Shown piece after piece: positions 33,245-45,795 of a DNA stretch of 64,000 nucleotides. This stretch comes from Macrostomum hystrix. Taxonomy: Eukaryota > Animalia > Platyhelminthes. The stretch spans positions 1,922,001 through 1,986,000 of the forward strand of contig CATNEN010000015.1 of NCBI GenBank assembly GCA_950097015.1, given 5' to 3'. Every line of letters begins with the position of its first letter. The stretch's first letter is position 1. The translations under genes and the position numbers were made by a program. The notes under the pieces were generated by a model. The model was not told the origin of the DNA and ran no database searches. It was given only the letters and a program-made list of their open reading frames with translations.

Positions 33245-34267
33245 CTAACGATGTAACCAGATAGCAAACTAGTCAGTAGCAGTCGTGTTTTAACAGAAAC
33301 TTCATTTTTAGTTCCTTTTTTTTATTCTTGAAGCTTCAAAATTCAAGGTCGCTTGTCGCGCCGACTAGTCGCTCCAGATTCTCGCAGGCGGTGGGTCAAC
33401 ATTTGGCTTTAGCCAACATGGCTTCAGTCATCTAGTTGGCTAACAGACGCACTGGCAAACAGGCTCTAACAGTTGGTGAGCTAGCGTTCAATGTCAGAAA
33501 ATATTTCTTCGCGCAATCCAGCCGGTGGATATGGATTACAACTCTTGAAGTTGCTGTGCGTCACAGGCACGCATATTTTGAGACAGAATGGAAGCCTCAT
33601 AAAAAATCTTCTGATTACGCTGAGACTGCAGGTAAATTTTTTCTATGATAGATGCCTAAGAGATGGCGAACGGAAGGCTAGCTAGAGAGTGAATAAGGCT
33701 AGCTGTGAGACCAACTCAAACTCTACTCTAGCTTGTACCTGACCAGTTAATATAGTCTGTGGCATGTCTAACCAGCAATTGCATCTGCTGTGCTCAAGCT
33801 GCACTGCAGGGGTGCACTGTGCTCAGAAAAACAGTTATCTTTGGCTTAGGCTTGAGTCTAGTTGAATAGAACTGTGCTCAAGTTGCTCATATGTCACACA
33901 AGCCACACGGCTGGCGGCAGTCTATGGAAATCAGGTTTCCGTTTTTAATAAGCCAGCGCTTGTCTGAAGGTCCTGAGCAGTCTGATTGTGTCTAGCTGAA
34001 TTTGTTTTTTATTGCATAAAAGTGTGCATTCGGTTTTTTGGCATTTTGTATTATATAAATAATTAAAATTTGAGCAATAAAAAATGCTCTAACGATACAA
34101 CCTAGTTGCTACATGGGTCTGGAATGCACCATTATTTTTTATTGCTTTGTCACTTGGTTGAGTCTAAGCTCAAAGAATACAAGAGCTAATTGCAAACCTT
34201 GCTGAATGCGACACTTTTATTTGTTTTCATTAAATTGATAATATAAACAATTAATAGTTAATTGGAG

Positions 34268-34465
34268 TTAGATATGCAGCCGACAGCACAGCTATTGCGC
34301 GGCGCAGCTGAAGGCTGCCTGTACGGCTGTTCAGTCCATGGACTGGGGGGACGCCACACCCACCCAACAGCTAGGTGAACTAAAGCAGTGCAGAGTTTGG
34401 TGATAATTGTTCCTTCATTCACGACCTTCTAATCGCGAGTTCGGCGCTCTAACCACTAGGCTTCA
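34268..34465 (-). mobile_element. SINE family 1, degraded copy
   Basis: Aligns to 16350-16615 with internal deletions. Confidence 0.75.
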
Positions 34466-35392
34466 TTTAGAAACCAATCAATGTCTCAGATGTTGTTGAC
34501 ATTCTGCTAACCTTACCACCGCACTCTCATCCACTTCGGACGGAGAGTTTATTTCAGAAATTAGTTTTTGTAGCAGAAGACAAACTACGTAGCTAGAGCA
34601 GAACCCCCTCCCTCCTTGGCAACTTAAATTGCCATAAACTATAAAACAGACATTGTCTGCCAGGCAGAAAACATACTCGAGCACACACAGACTCACTTGA
34701 GCACAGCTCAATAGACTTGGCCAGAGTGGGCTGGCACTACTCATGCTCTTTTCTTGTTCTGGGCTGGTCGCTTCTAATTTCCGAAACGACGAATGACAAG
34801 TGGTTAGGGCTGAGCTCCGTTTGACAAAGCCAGACAATTTGTCCGCTCTACCAGCTGCCTCTGGCACTTGCCTGTTTGCTATCAAGCCTCCATCACACAA
34901 AAAGCATTTCAGCCATGCCGCAACGCGACAGACGTTTAGACGTGGCTCAGAGCCGCAGATGCGTTCGCTCGCTTTGCTGTCGCAAGAGAGCAAATGGCGA
35001 GATAGACAGAAACTAATTTTTTTATAAATATGAGACATAGGGAGAGAAAAATGGCACCCCCTACCGCGAGGGCGTTCGCATGAGCAGCACACCTACTCAC
35101 CGCTCGCCGACTCGCCAACGAACCCGGTGCGGCGTCCCTCCTCAGCCTCCAGCTGCACCCTTTGCCGCAGCCCTTTTATCGGTTGGTTGCCACAGAGACC
35201 GACGCCTCTGAGAAAGAGAGAGAGAGAGAGAGAGAGGCGGGGGCAGAGAGGCGGACAGGCACCAGCTTGTATTAGAGAGGCTACAGGGGAGAAGAGCTCA
35301 CTAAGGAACGTCAGCGCTCAGCGAAGTTGTCGAGTCCTCAAATCTCCGCCGCTAGGAACAGCAACAGTTCAGGAGTCTGCGAAGCCGAAGAC

Positions 35393-38300
35393 ATGGCAGC
35401 CGTGGAGTTGCAGCCGGTTAAAAGGGCCGAGCATTCGAGCTCAACTCCCAGCAGGCCGTCAACCCAGTCTGGCTACCGGTTTGGCCAGCTGTCGCGGAGT
35501 TCCTTCTTTGCCAGGCACAACCCGCATCCGCACAGGTGCATCCACATCAAGGGCCTGCTCGGACTCCCCATCCCAGTTGTTGTCGACGACTGCGATCACA
35601 GCAGGTGCGTCCCAATGTTCCCAATGCTGATCATTAGGAAAACATCTTCAGTGATGGACTGAAAGGAGTAATCTTTGAGGACTGGTGGGGTGAGGAAGGG
35701 ACTGATATTCAGGGACAGGTGGGTTGTGAAAGGGACTCATCTTCAGGGGCTAATTGGTGTGGAAGGGGCTAATCTTCAGGGGCTAATTGGTGTGGAAGGG
35801 ACTAATCTTCAGGGGCTAATTGGTGTGGAAGGGACTAATCTTCAGGTGCTAATTGGTGTGGAAGGGACTAATCTTCAGGGGCTAATTGGTGTGGAAGGGA
35901 CTAATCTTCAGGGGCTAATTGGTGTGGATTGGACTAATCTTCAGGGACTGCATGGTGGGTTGTGGAAGGGACTAATCTTCAGGGGCTAATTGGTGTGGAA
36001 GGGACTAATCTTCAGGTGCTAATTGGTGTGGAAGGGACTAATCTTCAGGGGCTAATTGGTGTGGAAGGGACTAATCTTCAGGGGCTAATTGGTGTGGAAG
36101 GGACTAATCTTCAGGGGCTAATTGGTGTGGAAGGGACTAATCTTCAGGGGCTAATTGGTGTGGATGGGGCTAATCTTCAGGGACTGGTGGGTTGTGGAAG
36201 GAACTAATATTCTGGGACAGGTGGGGTGTGGAAGGGACTAATATTCTGGGACTGGTGGGTTGTGGAAGGGACTAATCTTCAGGGACAGGTGGGGTGTGGA
36301 AGGGACTAATATTCTGGGACTGGTGGGTTATGGAAGGGACTAATCTTCAGGAAAATATAGAGGTAGGAAGTGATTGATGTTTATGGTCTGACAGAGTATG
36401 GAAGTAACGCTGGTAAATCCCCAAATCACACCACCAGCTACGAAACGCACCTTTGTTTCCCGCCCAACGGGCACAATGAGCAAAAGTTGGCCAGCCAGAG
36501 ACTAATGTTGCCCGTGAACGCTATTCACCTGAACTCACACAAACACCCACTGGACACGGTGAACGGACTGCAGTACTTCACCAATCTGAGGAACTACTCC
36601 TTCAAGGAGAAGGCTGTGCCACGCCTGGGCCTAGTTCCAGTTACGGAGAGCTGGCGAGAGCAGCTGAGAAGCCTCACTGAACAGACCTTTCATCCAGAGG
36701 CCATTGGTGCCGCGGTTTCGGCCGTCGGAGCGAATGGTCGCGGCGGCGACCTGACTATGCGGCGGGGTGAGTTACACTTGGCTCTCGATTGGGGACGGGA
36801 TCAATTTAGGGAATACGGGATAAGACAAATTGGAATGGAAGAGGACGGGATGGGACAAATTGGAATGGAAGAGGACGGGATGGGACAAATTGGAATGGAA
36901 GAGGACGGGATGGGACAAATTGGAATGGAAGAGGACGGGATGGGACAAATTGGAATGGAAGAGGATGGGATGGGACAAATTGGAATGGAAGAGGATGGGA
37001 TGGGACAAATTGGAATGGAAGAAGACGGACACGATGAATCGAAATGGGACAAGATAGGACAGGATGGGACAGGATAGGACAGGATGGGACGGGATAGGAC
37101 AGGATGGGACAGGATTGGACAGGATAGGACAGGATGGGACGGGATAGGACAGGATGGGACGGGATGGGACAGGATGGGACAGGATGGGACAGGATGGGAC
37201 AGGATGGGACAGGATGGAACAGGATGGGACAGGATGGGACAGGATAGGACAGGATACGACAGGATGGGATGTGATAGGACAGGATGGGACAGGATGGGAC
37301 AGGATAGGACAGGATGGGACGGGATAGGAAATGATTGGACAGGATGGGACAGGATAGGACAGGATGGGACGGGATAGGACAGGATGGGACGTGATAGGAC
37401 AGGATGGGACAGGATGGGACAGGATGGGACGGGATGGGACAGGATGGGACAGGATGGGACAGGATGGGACAGGATAGGACAGGATGGGACGGGATAGGAC
37501 AGGATGGGACAGGATGGGACAGGATAGGACAGGATGGGACGGGATAGGACAGGATGGGACGGGATGGGACAGGATGGGACAGGATGGGACAGGATAGGAC
37601 AGGATGGGACGGGATAGGACAGGATGGGACAGGATGGGACGGGATGGGACAGGATGGGACAGGATAGGACAGGATGGGACGGGATGGGACAGGATGGGAC
37701 AGGATAGGACAGGATGGGACGGGATAGGACAGGATGGGACAGGATGGGACAGGATGGGACGTGATGGGACAGGATGGGACAGGATGGGACAGGATGGGAC
37801 AGGATGGGACGGGATAGGACAGGATGGGACAGGATGGGACAGGATGGGACAGGATGGGACAGGATGGGACAGGATGGGACAGGATGGGACGGGATGGGAC
37901 AGGATGGGACAGGATAGGACAGGATGGGACGGGATGGGACAGGATGGGACAGGATAGGACAGGATGGGACGGGATAGGACAGGATGGGACAGGATGGGAC
38001 AGGATGGGACGGGATGGGACAGGATGGGACAGGATAGGACATGATGGGACGGGATAGGACAGGATGGGACGGGATGGGACGGGATAAGACGGGATGGGTC
38101 GAGATGCGAGAAGTAACAGAAAGGATATTCTGATTTTTGTACTTCTTGTAAAAAATACGAGCTTATTGGTGCAGTTGGCAAAAATGCACCAGACTCAACA
38201 CTAACAAACTTACAAATGTTTTCACAAACCAGCTGAAAATCGGTCACCAAACTAAACTAATCTAAACCAATGATCCAACGAAGTAGCGAAAATTAGGGCA

Positions 38301-41300
38301 CAAATTAGGTCATCATCTATGGGGGCTAGCCGAAATATATCGTGCCTTAGAGAACAGGTTTAAATGCGAAGAAAATTCTCTGAAAAAAACGACGGAGCTT
38401 TTGATTTCAGACAGATGCACCTATTGCGCTTTGCATAGCTTTCGTATTTAGGACAGAAGGACAGCCGGTGTCCAATAGTAAACAAAATAGATTTTGTTTG
38501 ACGCGAAGTGTGAGTCATCAAATACGGCTGGAAGGGTCGGGCGATACTGTCGAATCTGATTGGCTCTGACGGGATAGACAGGCGGCGGGACTGTGTGCAT
38601 TCATCATAGCCTGTTTTTCTCACGCCCCTAGGGTCTGAAGGCGTGAGGTGTGATGCCCAGCCAATCAAATTTCGCCAAATTACCCTCCATTAAGTCGCGT
38701 CACCCTAGCTAGCGCAGATAAGAATATCAAATTCACAGTTTTTAAGTGTGGGTTAAAAAAAATTTATTGACTCCATTAAAGTATATTAATTGACTCTCTG
38801 CCTTCCGGAACCACCCTATAAAAATACCTGATTCAATATTGCGCTGCGGAAAAAGAACCATCAAGCTCAGATTCTGCAAAAAAATCATGAAAACTAACAC
38901 CGTCTGGCTGGGCTTGTTGGCCCTGTCCTATACGCTATGCCTTGCGGTTTCGCATGGCGAAGTGGCCGGAACCAACACCTACGAGACTTACGACCAGCCT
39001 TACCGCTCCTCATCCGGTGGCAAGAGCTACGGCAAGCCTTCTGACGATGGCTACGGCAAGGGCTACGGCAAAGGGTCTGACGACGGCTACCGCAAGGGCT
39101 ACGGCAAAGGGTCTGACGATGGCTACGGCAAGGGCTACGGCAAATCCTCTGACGATGGCTACGGCAAGGGCTACGGCAAAGGGTCTGACGATGGCTACGG
39201 CAAGGGCTACGGCAAAGGGTCTGACGATGGCTACGGCAAGGGCTACGGCAAAGGGTCTGACGATGGCTACGGCAAGGGCTACGGCAAATCCTCTGACGAC
39301 GGCTACCGCAAGGGCTACGGCAAAGAGTCTGACGATGGCTACGGCAAAGGGTCTGACGATGGCTACGGCAAGGGCTACGGCAAAGGGTCTGACGACGGCT
39401 ACGGCAAGGGCTACGGCAAAGGGTCTGACGACGGCTACGGCAAGGGCTACGGCAAAGGGTACGGCAAGCCTTCTGACGACGGCTACGGCAAGGGCTACGG
39501 CAAAAGGTCTGACGACGGCTACGGCAAGGGCTACGGCAAAGGGTCTGACGACGGCTACGGCAAAGGGTCTGACGACGGCTACGGCAAAGGGTCTGACGAC
39601 GGCTACGGCAAAGGGTCTGACGACGGCTACGGCAAGGGCTACGGCAAAGGATCTGACGACGGCTACGGCAAGGGCTACGGCAAAGGATCTGACGACGGCT
39701 ACGGCAAGGGCTACGGCAAAGGATCTGACGACGGCTACGGCAAGGGCTACGGCAAAGGGTCTGACGATGGCTACGGCAAGGGCTACGGCAAAGGATCTGA
39801 CGACGGCTACGGCAAGGGCTACGGCAAAGGGTCTGACGATGGCTACGGCAAGGGCTACGGCAAAGGGTCTGACGACGGCTACGGCAAGGGCTACGGCAAA
39901 GGGTCTGACGACGGCTACGGCAAGGGCTACGGCAAGGGCTACGGCAAGGGCTACGGCAAGGGCCATCATTCAAAGAGCAAGGGCTACGACAAATTGGCCT
40001 ATAATGATGGCTCCGACGACTACTATGGCTACGGTTCGGACTTCTCTGATCTGTTCGACGACTACGACTTTGATGACGACTACGACGATGACTATGACTA
40101 CGACGAGATAATCGAGGAAGAGTTCGATGACTATGGCAAGCCGCACGTGGTCAGCCACTACCTGGAGGGCAAGAACGGCTACAAGAAGGTGTTGTACGAG
40201 TCGCCATCGAATAAGTACGGCGACTACAAGTACGGCGACTACAAGTACGGCGACTCGAGCGACAGCTACGGCCCAGGCCAAGGGAGCAGCAGCAAGAAGG
40301 ATTACTAAATCTGATTGATTTTTAGTGATTGCTCACACCGATTTATTGATCATTTCCTTTGTTTTTGATTGTCTTCCACAAATACAGTCTATGAAAACTT
40401 CAAAGCTAGCTTTTGGACTCCATTTATTTAGCAGTCGAAAAAATTCGAGTTCTAAAAAATGGCGACTCTACTTAGGAATCAGAGTCCGTAGTAGTACGTG
40501 AGGCGTGTAAATGAAATCTTCGATTACTTCACAAGCGCTGTCATGTTTAGATGTCTAACTTCAGACCCTTATCTTAAAACGCTGGTGTGCTCCCCTTAAC
40601 TGCGCTTCAAAATGGCGGGCCTCTACTCAAGTATCGTTATTTCTAAAATAATTATTGATTACACCTGCCCCAATCGAGCCAGATGTACAGTCGACGGCAC
40701 AGCCGCAGTTATTGCGCGGCGAATCTGAAGGCTGCGTACAGCTGTTCAGTCCATGGACTGGGGGTTCGCAACACCCACCCCCAATTACCCCAACTAATGC
40801 TGGTACCCCTTTAAAACTGGGTGTGAAGCAATTTAGAGTTGAATTTCTAGCTTATGGGCAACAATAATAGTTCCAATGGATTCAAGAATCGAACCCATGA
40901 TCTTCAAGCCACAACCCCTAGAGTAGCGTAGAATCGCTTTAAACATTACTGGCTTACCGGCCCTCAAAACGTCCCTTCGAATCACTTTCCACCTGCAGAG
41001 GCCACCTACCCGAACACAGCGAGCCAGCAGCAGCCGCAGCAGCCGCAGACCGCCAGGCCGATGTACAGCCGCGACACCGGCCGTCTAATTCCACCGCCGT
41101 CGCGCGCAATGTCCCGCCGGCCACTGCGCTCCTCGCGCCGCGCCACCCCGGCCCACGTGCTGGCCGGCTACGAGCACATCAGCGCGGCGCCGGACCTGGA
41201 GTCCGCCGTGTTCAGCATGCTCTGCCAGATCCTGCAGACTGAGGATTTCAACGCCGTGCAGGCTTGGCTGGTCAGCGCCTCGGACCGGGAGAAGGCCCTC

Positions 41301-42994
41301 GTGATGGACGTCATCCGCTCGGCTGTGGCAAACAAGGCCGCTTACTATGAGGTGAGCCCCCGAAACACTACTAACAGTAGAAACACCAGGCTATTTCCCC
41401 TGAGGAAAGACCCGGGGGTATTTCAAATACCCACTGCCTACTTCGCTATGGCTCCCGAACCGAATGACCGAATTTTCCTGAAATTCCACCATCTGGATTA
41501 AAATTTTTCGCCCTTTACGATGAAATAACTTTCAAAGCCGTTCGATGTCAACATCGACGAGATATTCGGCGGTTCTTGTCGAAGACCCTGGTGACAAGGA
41601 CAAGTAACATTGCTCTGCATAAACCTCTTTGGCGAATCCACATTGATAAAGAAATGTAAAAATGAACAATTTAATCAACCCAAAATGGTCAATAATGATA
41701 GCCGACATGATTCATTTTTTGCCACCGCAACAAGAATCGTTGAATATCCCGATGATGCTGTGATTCTGGAAGTTGTTTCTTGGATAGAGCGGGAAATTTT
41801 TGCCCATGTTCTGGATTTTCATCGCGATTGGCTGAACATTTCGGTAGATAGAGGAAAAATATGAATTTTGGTATTTGAAATACCCCGTGGTGTTTCTAGG
41901 GTCAACAGACGATCTCATGAGTAGTTTAACATGAATAGGTAGCAAATCAGGTCGGTTGATGCATTCCTGGAGGTCAAGAAACATCCTAGAATGATGCGCA
42001 GGTAAAAATTACACATTAAAGATTCGAGTCAAGGATCACTTGGACCACCTCATTTCTTGGAAAAAATTTAGGCGGCTAATTTAAAAATACACATCGGATA
42101 TGGAAACTTTTCCATTTTCACTACATTATCAGGACACAGAGTATGGCATTTATACGCGCGTCTGCCTCTCGCACCAAGGTCCCTGAGTTCGATTCCGCAG
42201 TGAGGCCACACTAAATTGGGGCGCAGCCGTGGAGAGAGGGCTTGGGGGCTTGTCGTGCAATTTTTGCCATCGAGGGCCAACCTCCAAGGCACAGTGAAGT
42301 GTACACAGCTTGACGATGAGAAAGTCAGGGCAGATGTACACACCTGTGAGAGTGTGCCTGCATTTTTAAGGGAAGTAAGAATAGAGAAAATGATTCGGCT
42401 CCAATCAAACACAGTCACTGAATTTTTGCAGACAAAAAAAGTGAAAATTTCCTATCGCCGTTGTGTAAATTTTTGAGTGAACCAGACTTATATTTTTTTC
42501 TAAGAAACGTGGTCTCTGGTCCAGATGCATAACCAGTGGCAAAGCCTGCATTTGCATGCGTGTGTTTTTGGGTTAGCAAGGCCTACTGGCACACCTGGCT
42601 GGCAACCGCGTCACTCCCGCAGGCGGACCCCACCGGGGAGGCCTTCGAACCGACGAACATCCGCGAAGACCTGCGCCTGCCGCCAATCGCCGAGGATCCT
42701 GACCGGCCCAAGCGGGTGGACCGCCTGGTGATTGAAGACGCGGAGCGACCTGCCACTCATGAGCATCATCACCTGCACGAGGAGCTGCAGCCTCCTGTTC
42801 AGCAGCCTGAGGCAGCAGCCCCCGAGAATAAGCTCGAAGTGAAACCTGCGGCCGGGGCCAAGACATCGCGACAGGAGCAGCCGCAGCAGAAGACTCAGCA
42901 GCAGCAGCAGCAGCAGCAGCAGCCAAAACTGGCTCCCGGAGCCAAGGGCAAGAAGACTGGCAAACCAGTAAATGCCGGAGCAAAGTTGAAGTGA
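35393..42994 (+). CDS. TBATA: TBATA/SPATIAL-family protein; exons 35393-35604, about 36438-36766, 40999-41351, 42623-42994 (about 421 aa)
   Basis: N-terminal LSRSSFFARHNPHPHRCIHIKGLLGLPI, middle VTESWREQLRSL, and C-terminal MLCQILQTEDFNAVQAWLVSASDREKALV match the conserved TBATA-family blocks as I recall them. Junctions join in frame; the exon 2 acceptor is the least certain. Confidence 0.8.
35730..36350. repeat. 33-bp minisatellite GGAAGGGACTAATCTTCAGGGGCTAATTGGTGT (TBATA intron 1)
   Basis: About 18 copies, degenerating at both ends. Confidence 0.95.
36820..38095. repeat. 30-bp minisatellite (about 7 copies) followed by a (GGACA/GGATG/GGATA)n pentamer array
   Basis: Direct reading; lies in TBATA intron 2. 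Confidence 0.95.
38817..38823 (+). promoter_or_regulatory. TATA box of the nested Gly/Tyr-rich gene
   Basis: TATAAAA 70 bp upstream of the ATG at 38887. Confidence 0.6.
38887..40308 (+). CDS. Secreted Gly/Tyr/Lys/Asp-rich repeat protein (eggshell/vitelline-precursor-like), intronless, 473 aa, nested in TBATA intron 2
   Basis: Signal-peptide-like MKTNTVWLGLLALSYTLCLAVSHG, more than 20 SDDGYGKG(YGKG) units, an acidic D/Y-rich block and KYGDY repeats. Own TATA box and stop codon. Confidence 0.85.
   Translation: MKTNTVWLGLLALSYTLCLAVSHGEVAGTNTYETYDQPYRSSSGGKSYGKPSDDGYGKGYGKGSDDGYRKGYGKGSDDGYGKGYGKSSDDGYGKGYGKGSDDGYGKGYGKGSDDGYGKGYGKGSDDGYGKGYGKSSDDGYRKGYGKESDDGYGKGSDDGYGKGYGKGSDDGYGKGYGKGSDDGYGKGYGKGYGKPSDDGYGKGYGKRSDDGYGKGYGKGSDDGYGKGSDDGYGKGSDDGYGKGSDDGYGKGYGKGSDDGYGKGYGKGSDDGYGKGYGKGSDDGYGKGYGKGSDDGYGKGYGKGSDDGYGKGYGKGSDDGYGKGYGKGSDDGYGKGYGKGSDDGYGKGYGKGYGKGYGKGHHSKSKGYDKLAYNDGSDDYYGYGSDFSDLFDDYDFDDDYDDDYDYDEIIEEEFDDYGKPHVVSHYLEGKNGYKKVLYESPSNKYGDYKYGDYKYGDSSDSYGPGQGSSSKKDY
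40655..40910 (-). mobile_element. SINE family 1 copy
   Basis: TTGATTACACCTGCCCCAAT...CAGTCCATGGACTGG...GAACCCATGATCTTCAAG aligns to 16328-16590. Confidence 0.8.
41375..41901 (+). mobile_element. piggyBac-like non-autonomous element (about 527 bp) in TBATA intron 3
   Basis: Left end ctaa|CAGTAGAAACACC...GGGGTATTTCAAATACC. Right end GGTATTTGAAATACCCC..GGTGTTTCTAGGG|tcaa. The right end matches the piggyBac TIR start CCCTAGAAA; the flanks are degenerate TTAA. Confidence 0.7.
42155..42362 (+). mobile_element. SINE family 2 copy
   Basis: GCCTCTCGCACCAAGGTCCCTGAGTTCGATTCCGCAGTGAGGCCAC... aligns to 24255-24440. Confidence 0.8.
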
Positions 42995-43134
42995 GAATTT
43001 TAGACTTTTCGGGCTTCGGTAAAATTTCTTGGGTGATAAATTAGAGTCGTATTGATCCACGAATTCGTTGAAAACTAATAGGCTATAAAGGGAATAGATC
43101 TGAGAACGTTTTAACAGCGGCAGTGGTGCTGGAA

Positions 43135-44140
43135 TAATCAGGATACCTGTCTCATCAGGATACCTGTCTCATCAGGATACCTGTCTCATCAGGGTTCCTG
43201 TCTCATCAGGGTTCCTGTCTCATCAGGATACCTGTCTCATCAGGATACCTGTCTCATCAGGATACCTGTCTCATCAGGATACCTGTCTCATCAGGATACC
43301 TGTCTCATCAGGGTACCTGTCTCATCAGGGTACCTGTCTCATCAGGGTACCTGTCTCATCAGGATACCTGTCTCATCAGGATACCTGTCTCATCAGGATA
43401 CCTGTCTCATCAGGGTAGCTGTCTCATCAGGGTACCTGTCTCATCAGGGTACCTGTCTCATCAGGACACCTGTCTCATCAGGACACCTGTCTCATCAGGG
43501 TTCCTGTCTCATCAGGATACCTGTCTCATCAGGGTACCTGTCTCATCAGGATACCTGTCTCATCAGGATACCTGTCTCATCAGGATACCTGTCTCATCAG
43601 GATACCTGTCTCATCAGGGTTCCTGTCTCATCAGGGTTCCTGTCTCATCAGGATACCTGTCTCATCAGGATACCTGTCTCATCAGGGTACCTGTCTCATC
43701 AGGATACCTGTCTCATCAGGATACCTGTCTCATCAGGATACCTGTCTCATCAGGATACCTGTCTCATCAGGGTTCCTGTCTCATCAGGATACCTGTCTCA
43801 TCAGGATACCTGTCTCATCAGGATACCTGTCTCATCAGGGTTCCTGTCTCATCAGGATACCTGTCTCATCAGGATACCTGTCTCATCAGGATACCTGTCT
43901 CATCAGGATACCTGTCTCATCAGGATACCTGTCTCATCAGGGTACCTGTCTCATCAGGATACCTGTCTCATCAGGATACCTGTCTCATCAGGACACCTGT
44001 CTCATCAGGGTACCTGTCTCATCAGGATTCCTGTCTCATCAGGGTACCTGTCTCATCAGGGTACCTGACTCATCAGGGTACCTGACTCATCAGGGTACCT
44101 GTCTCATCAGGGTAGCTGTCTCATCAGGGTAGCTGTCTCA
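43135..44140. repeat. 17-bp minisatellite CAGGATACCTGTCTCAT, about 59 copies
   Basis: Direct reading; variants at GGATAC/GGGTAC/GGGTTC. Confidence 0.97.
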
Positions 44141-45404
44141 TGATGGTGCTTGTCGCATTGGGTTACAGTGGATGAGGTAGGTATATGCTTTGCTTATTCG
44201 AAATAGCCAAATTTAAGAGGCCCAAAATTAGTCGCCCATTTCTTACCCGAGAGGGTCCAAATCAATTTTCTTTGCGGACAATAACAACTTGCTTATTTTC
44301 CAGCTAAGCTAAGAGTGGCCATTTTTCTTTAAATCAGAAAAGCAGTGCGGGTGATTTTGGAAATTGCATTTTCCTGCACAGCCAGCATCCGCCGAGCAGA
44401 ATTTGGCGCAGGTGATAACTGCAGGCAAAATTACTAATTTTCCAATTCAAACGGAACAATTCTGAGCAATATCTCACCAATTGAGACCACAATTTATCGG
44501 ATTAGCCAAAAATCAGTTCAAACGGCCACCTGCGATTGTCCAAACACCTCGTTTATCGCCCCTGCAGGTATTCAAAGCGCGAGCCAGCCTTCGCCAACGC
44601 CGGCGGCAAGTCAAAGGAGGTCTGGCGGCCGCAGGACTCGTACACAACTTGAGAGCCTCTGCGTCAAAGGACCGAAGCCGCCGCATAAGACTGACAATTT
44701 TTGAGATTTCTAACCGGGCCGACAAAGACCTCTGTTAGGCCCGACATTTACCTGTAGCAGTAGCAGTCTTTGTGTTCTCTCAATTTTGTAACCTTTGTAC
44801 TTTGAAGTCTTGAGCAACTGGTTATGAGATTTGCAAGGAGGACATAAAACATGGCCCTTCAAATGCATATTCTGCCAGCTTAGATTCTGTGCTTAGAGGC
44901 AAAAAACAGAGTATAAATTTTTATTTTTTATTAAAAAATATTAAAAAGTTAATATAAAAAATGGATAAAAGATAGACTTCATTTTTCCTATTTTCTGTTC
45001 TACATTGAGTTACTGAAGCTAACCTATTAAGAAGACTATATTTCTTGGAATTCAAACCCATGTTTGCACCCAACTGCATCATTTGTTTTTAACTGTGCTA
45101 ACTATTGGACTATTCAATCTATTTCTGTGTTCTGATCAACAATTAGTTTAGATCACTCGTTGGATTTTATTTTTATTTTGTCTTCTAATGAACTATTGAT
45201 TAAAAATATACCTGCTTTTGTGAAATAGCAGGTAGAAAAATAAATAATCGTGTGGTATTTTGCAACTAAAGATGACCAACCCACAAAGTATATGTTTTTA
45301 ATTTATTCTATCATTTATGTTGATTAAAAAAACTTATATGTGAATTTAATATTAGTAACGTGTGCTATGATGACATTGCAGACAAATACAACTGGGATTT
45401 AAGG

Positions 45405-45795
45405 TAGAGTGACAGAGTGCCAGACTGAACAGACGAGAATTCACGGTAGATTGACAGAGTGCCAGACTGAGCAGATGAGAATTCTAGGTAGAGTGACAGA
45501 GTGCCAGACTGAACAGACGAGAATTCACGGTAGAGTGACAGAGTGCCAGACTGAGCAGATGAGAATTCAAGGTAGAGTGACAGAGTGCCAGACTGAACAG
45601 ACGAGAATTCAAGGTAGAGTGACAGAGTGCCAGACTGAACAGACGAGAATTCAAGGTAGAGTGACAGAGTGCCAGACTGAACAGACGAGAATTCAAGGTA
45701 GAGTGACAGAGTGCCAGACTGAACAGACGAGAATTCAAGGTAGAGTGACAGAGTGCCAGACTGAACAGACGAGAATTCAAGGTAGAGTGACAGAC
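45405..45795. repeat. 42-bp minisatellite, about 9 copies
   Basis: GGTAGAGTGACAGAGTGCCAGACTGAACAGACGAGAATTCAA repeated. Confidence 0.95.

Noticed and set aside
33436-33685. Possible exon or CR1/L2 remnant (NVRKYFFAQ; GTAAAT donor at about 33631)
   Set aside because: Too short and degenerate to assign.
35166-35181. Second X-box upstream of TBATA (GTTGCCACAGAGAC)
   Set aside because: Only the left half-site matches the consensus, which is too weak to call.
36772-38250. PSHPV/GQDGT-repeat ORFs
   Set aside because: Translation of a pentamer microsatellite in TBATA intron 2.
38894-40111. Alternative-frame and antisense ORFs over the GY-repeat gene
   Set aside because: Shadows of the repeat. 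Only the GY frame has a signal peptide and a coherent C-terminus.
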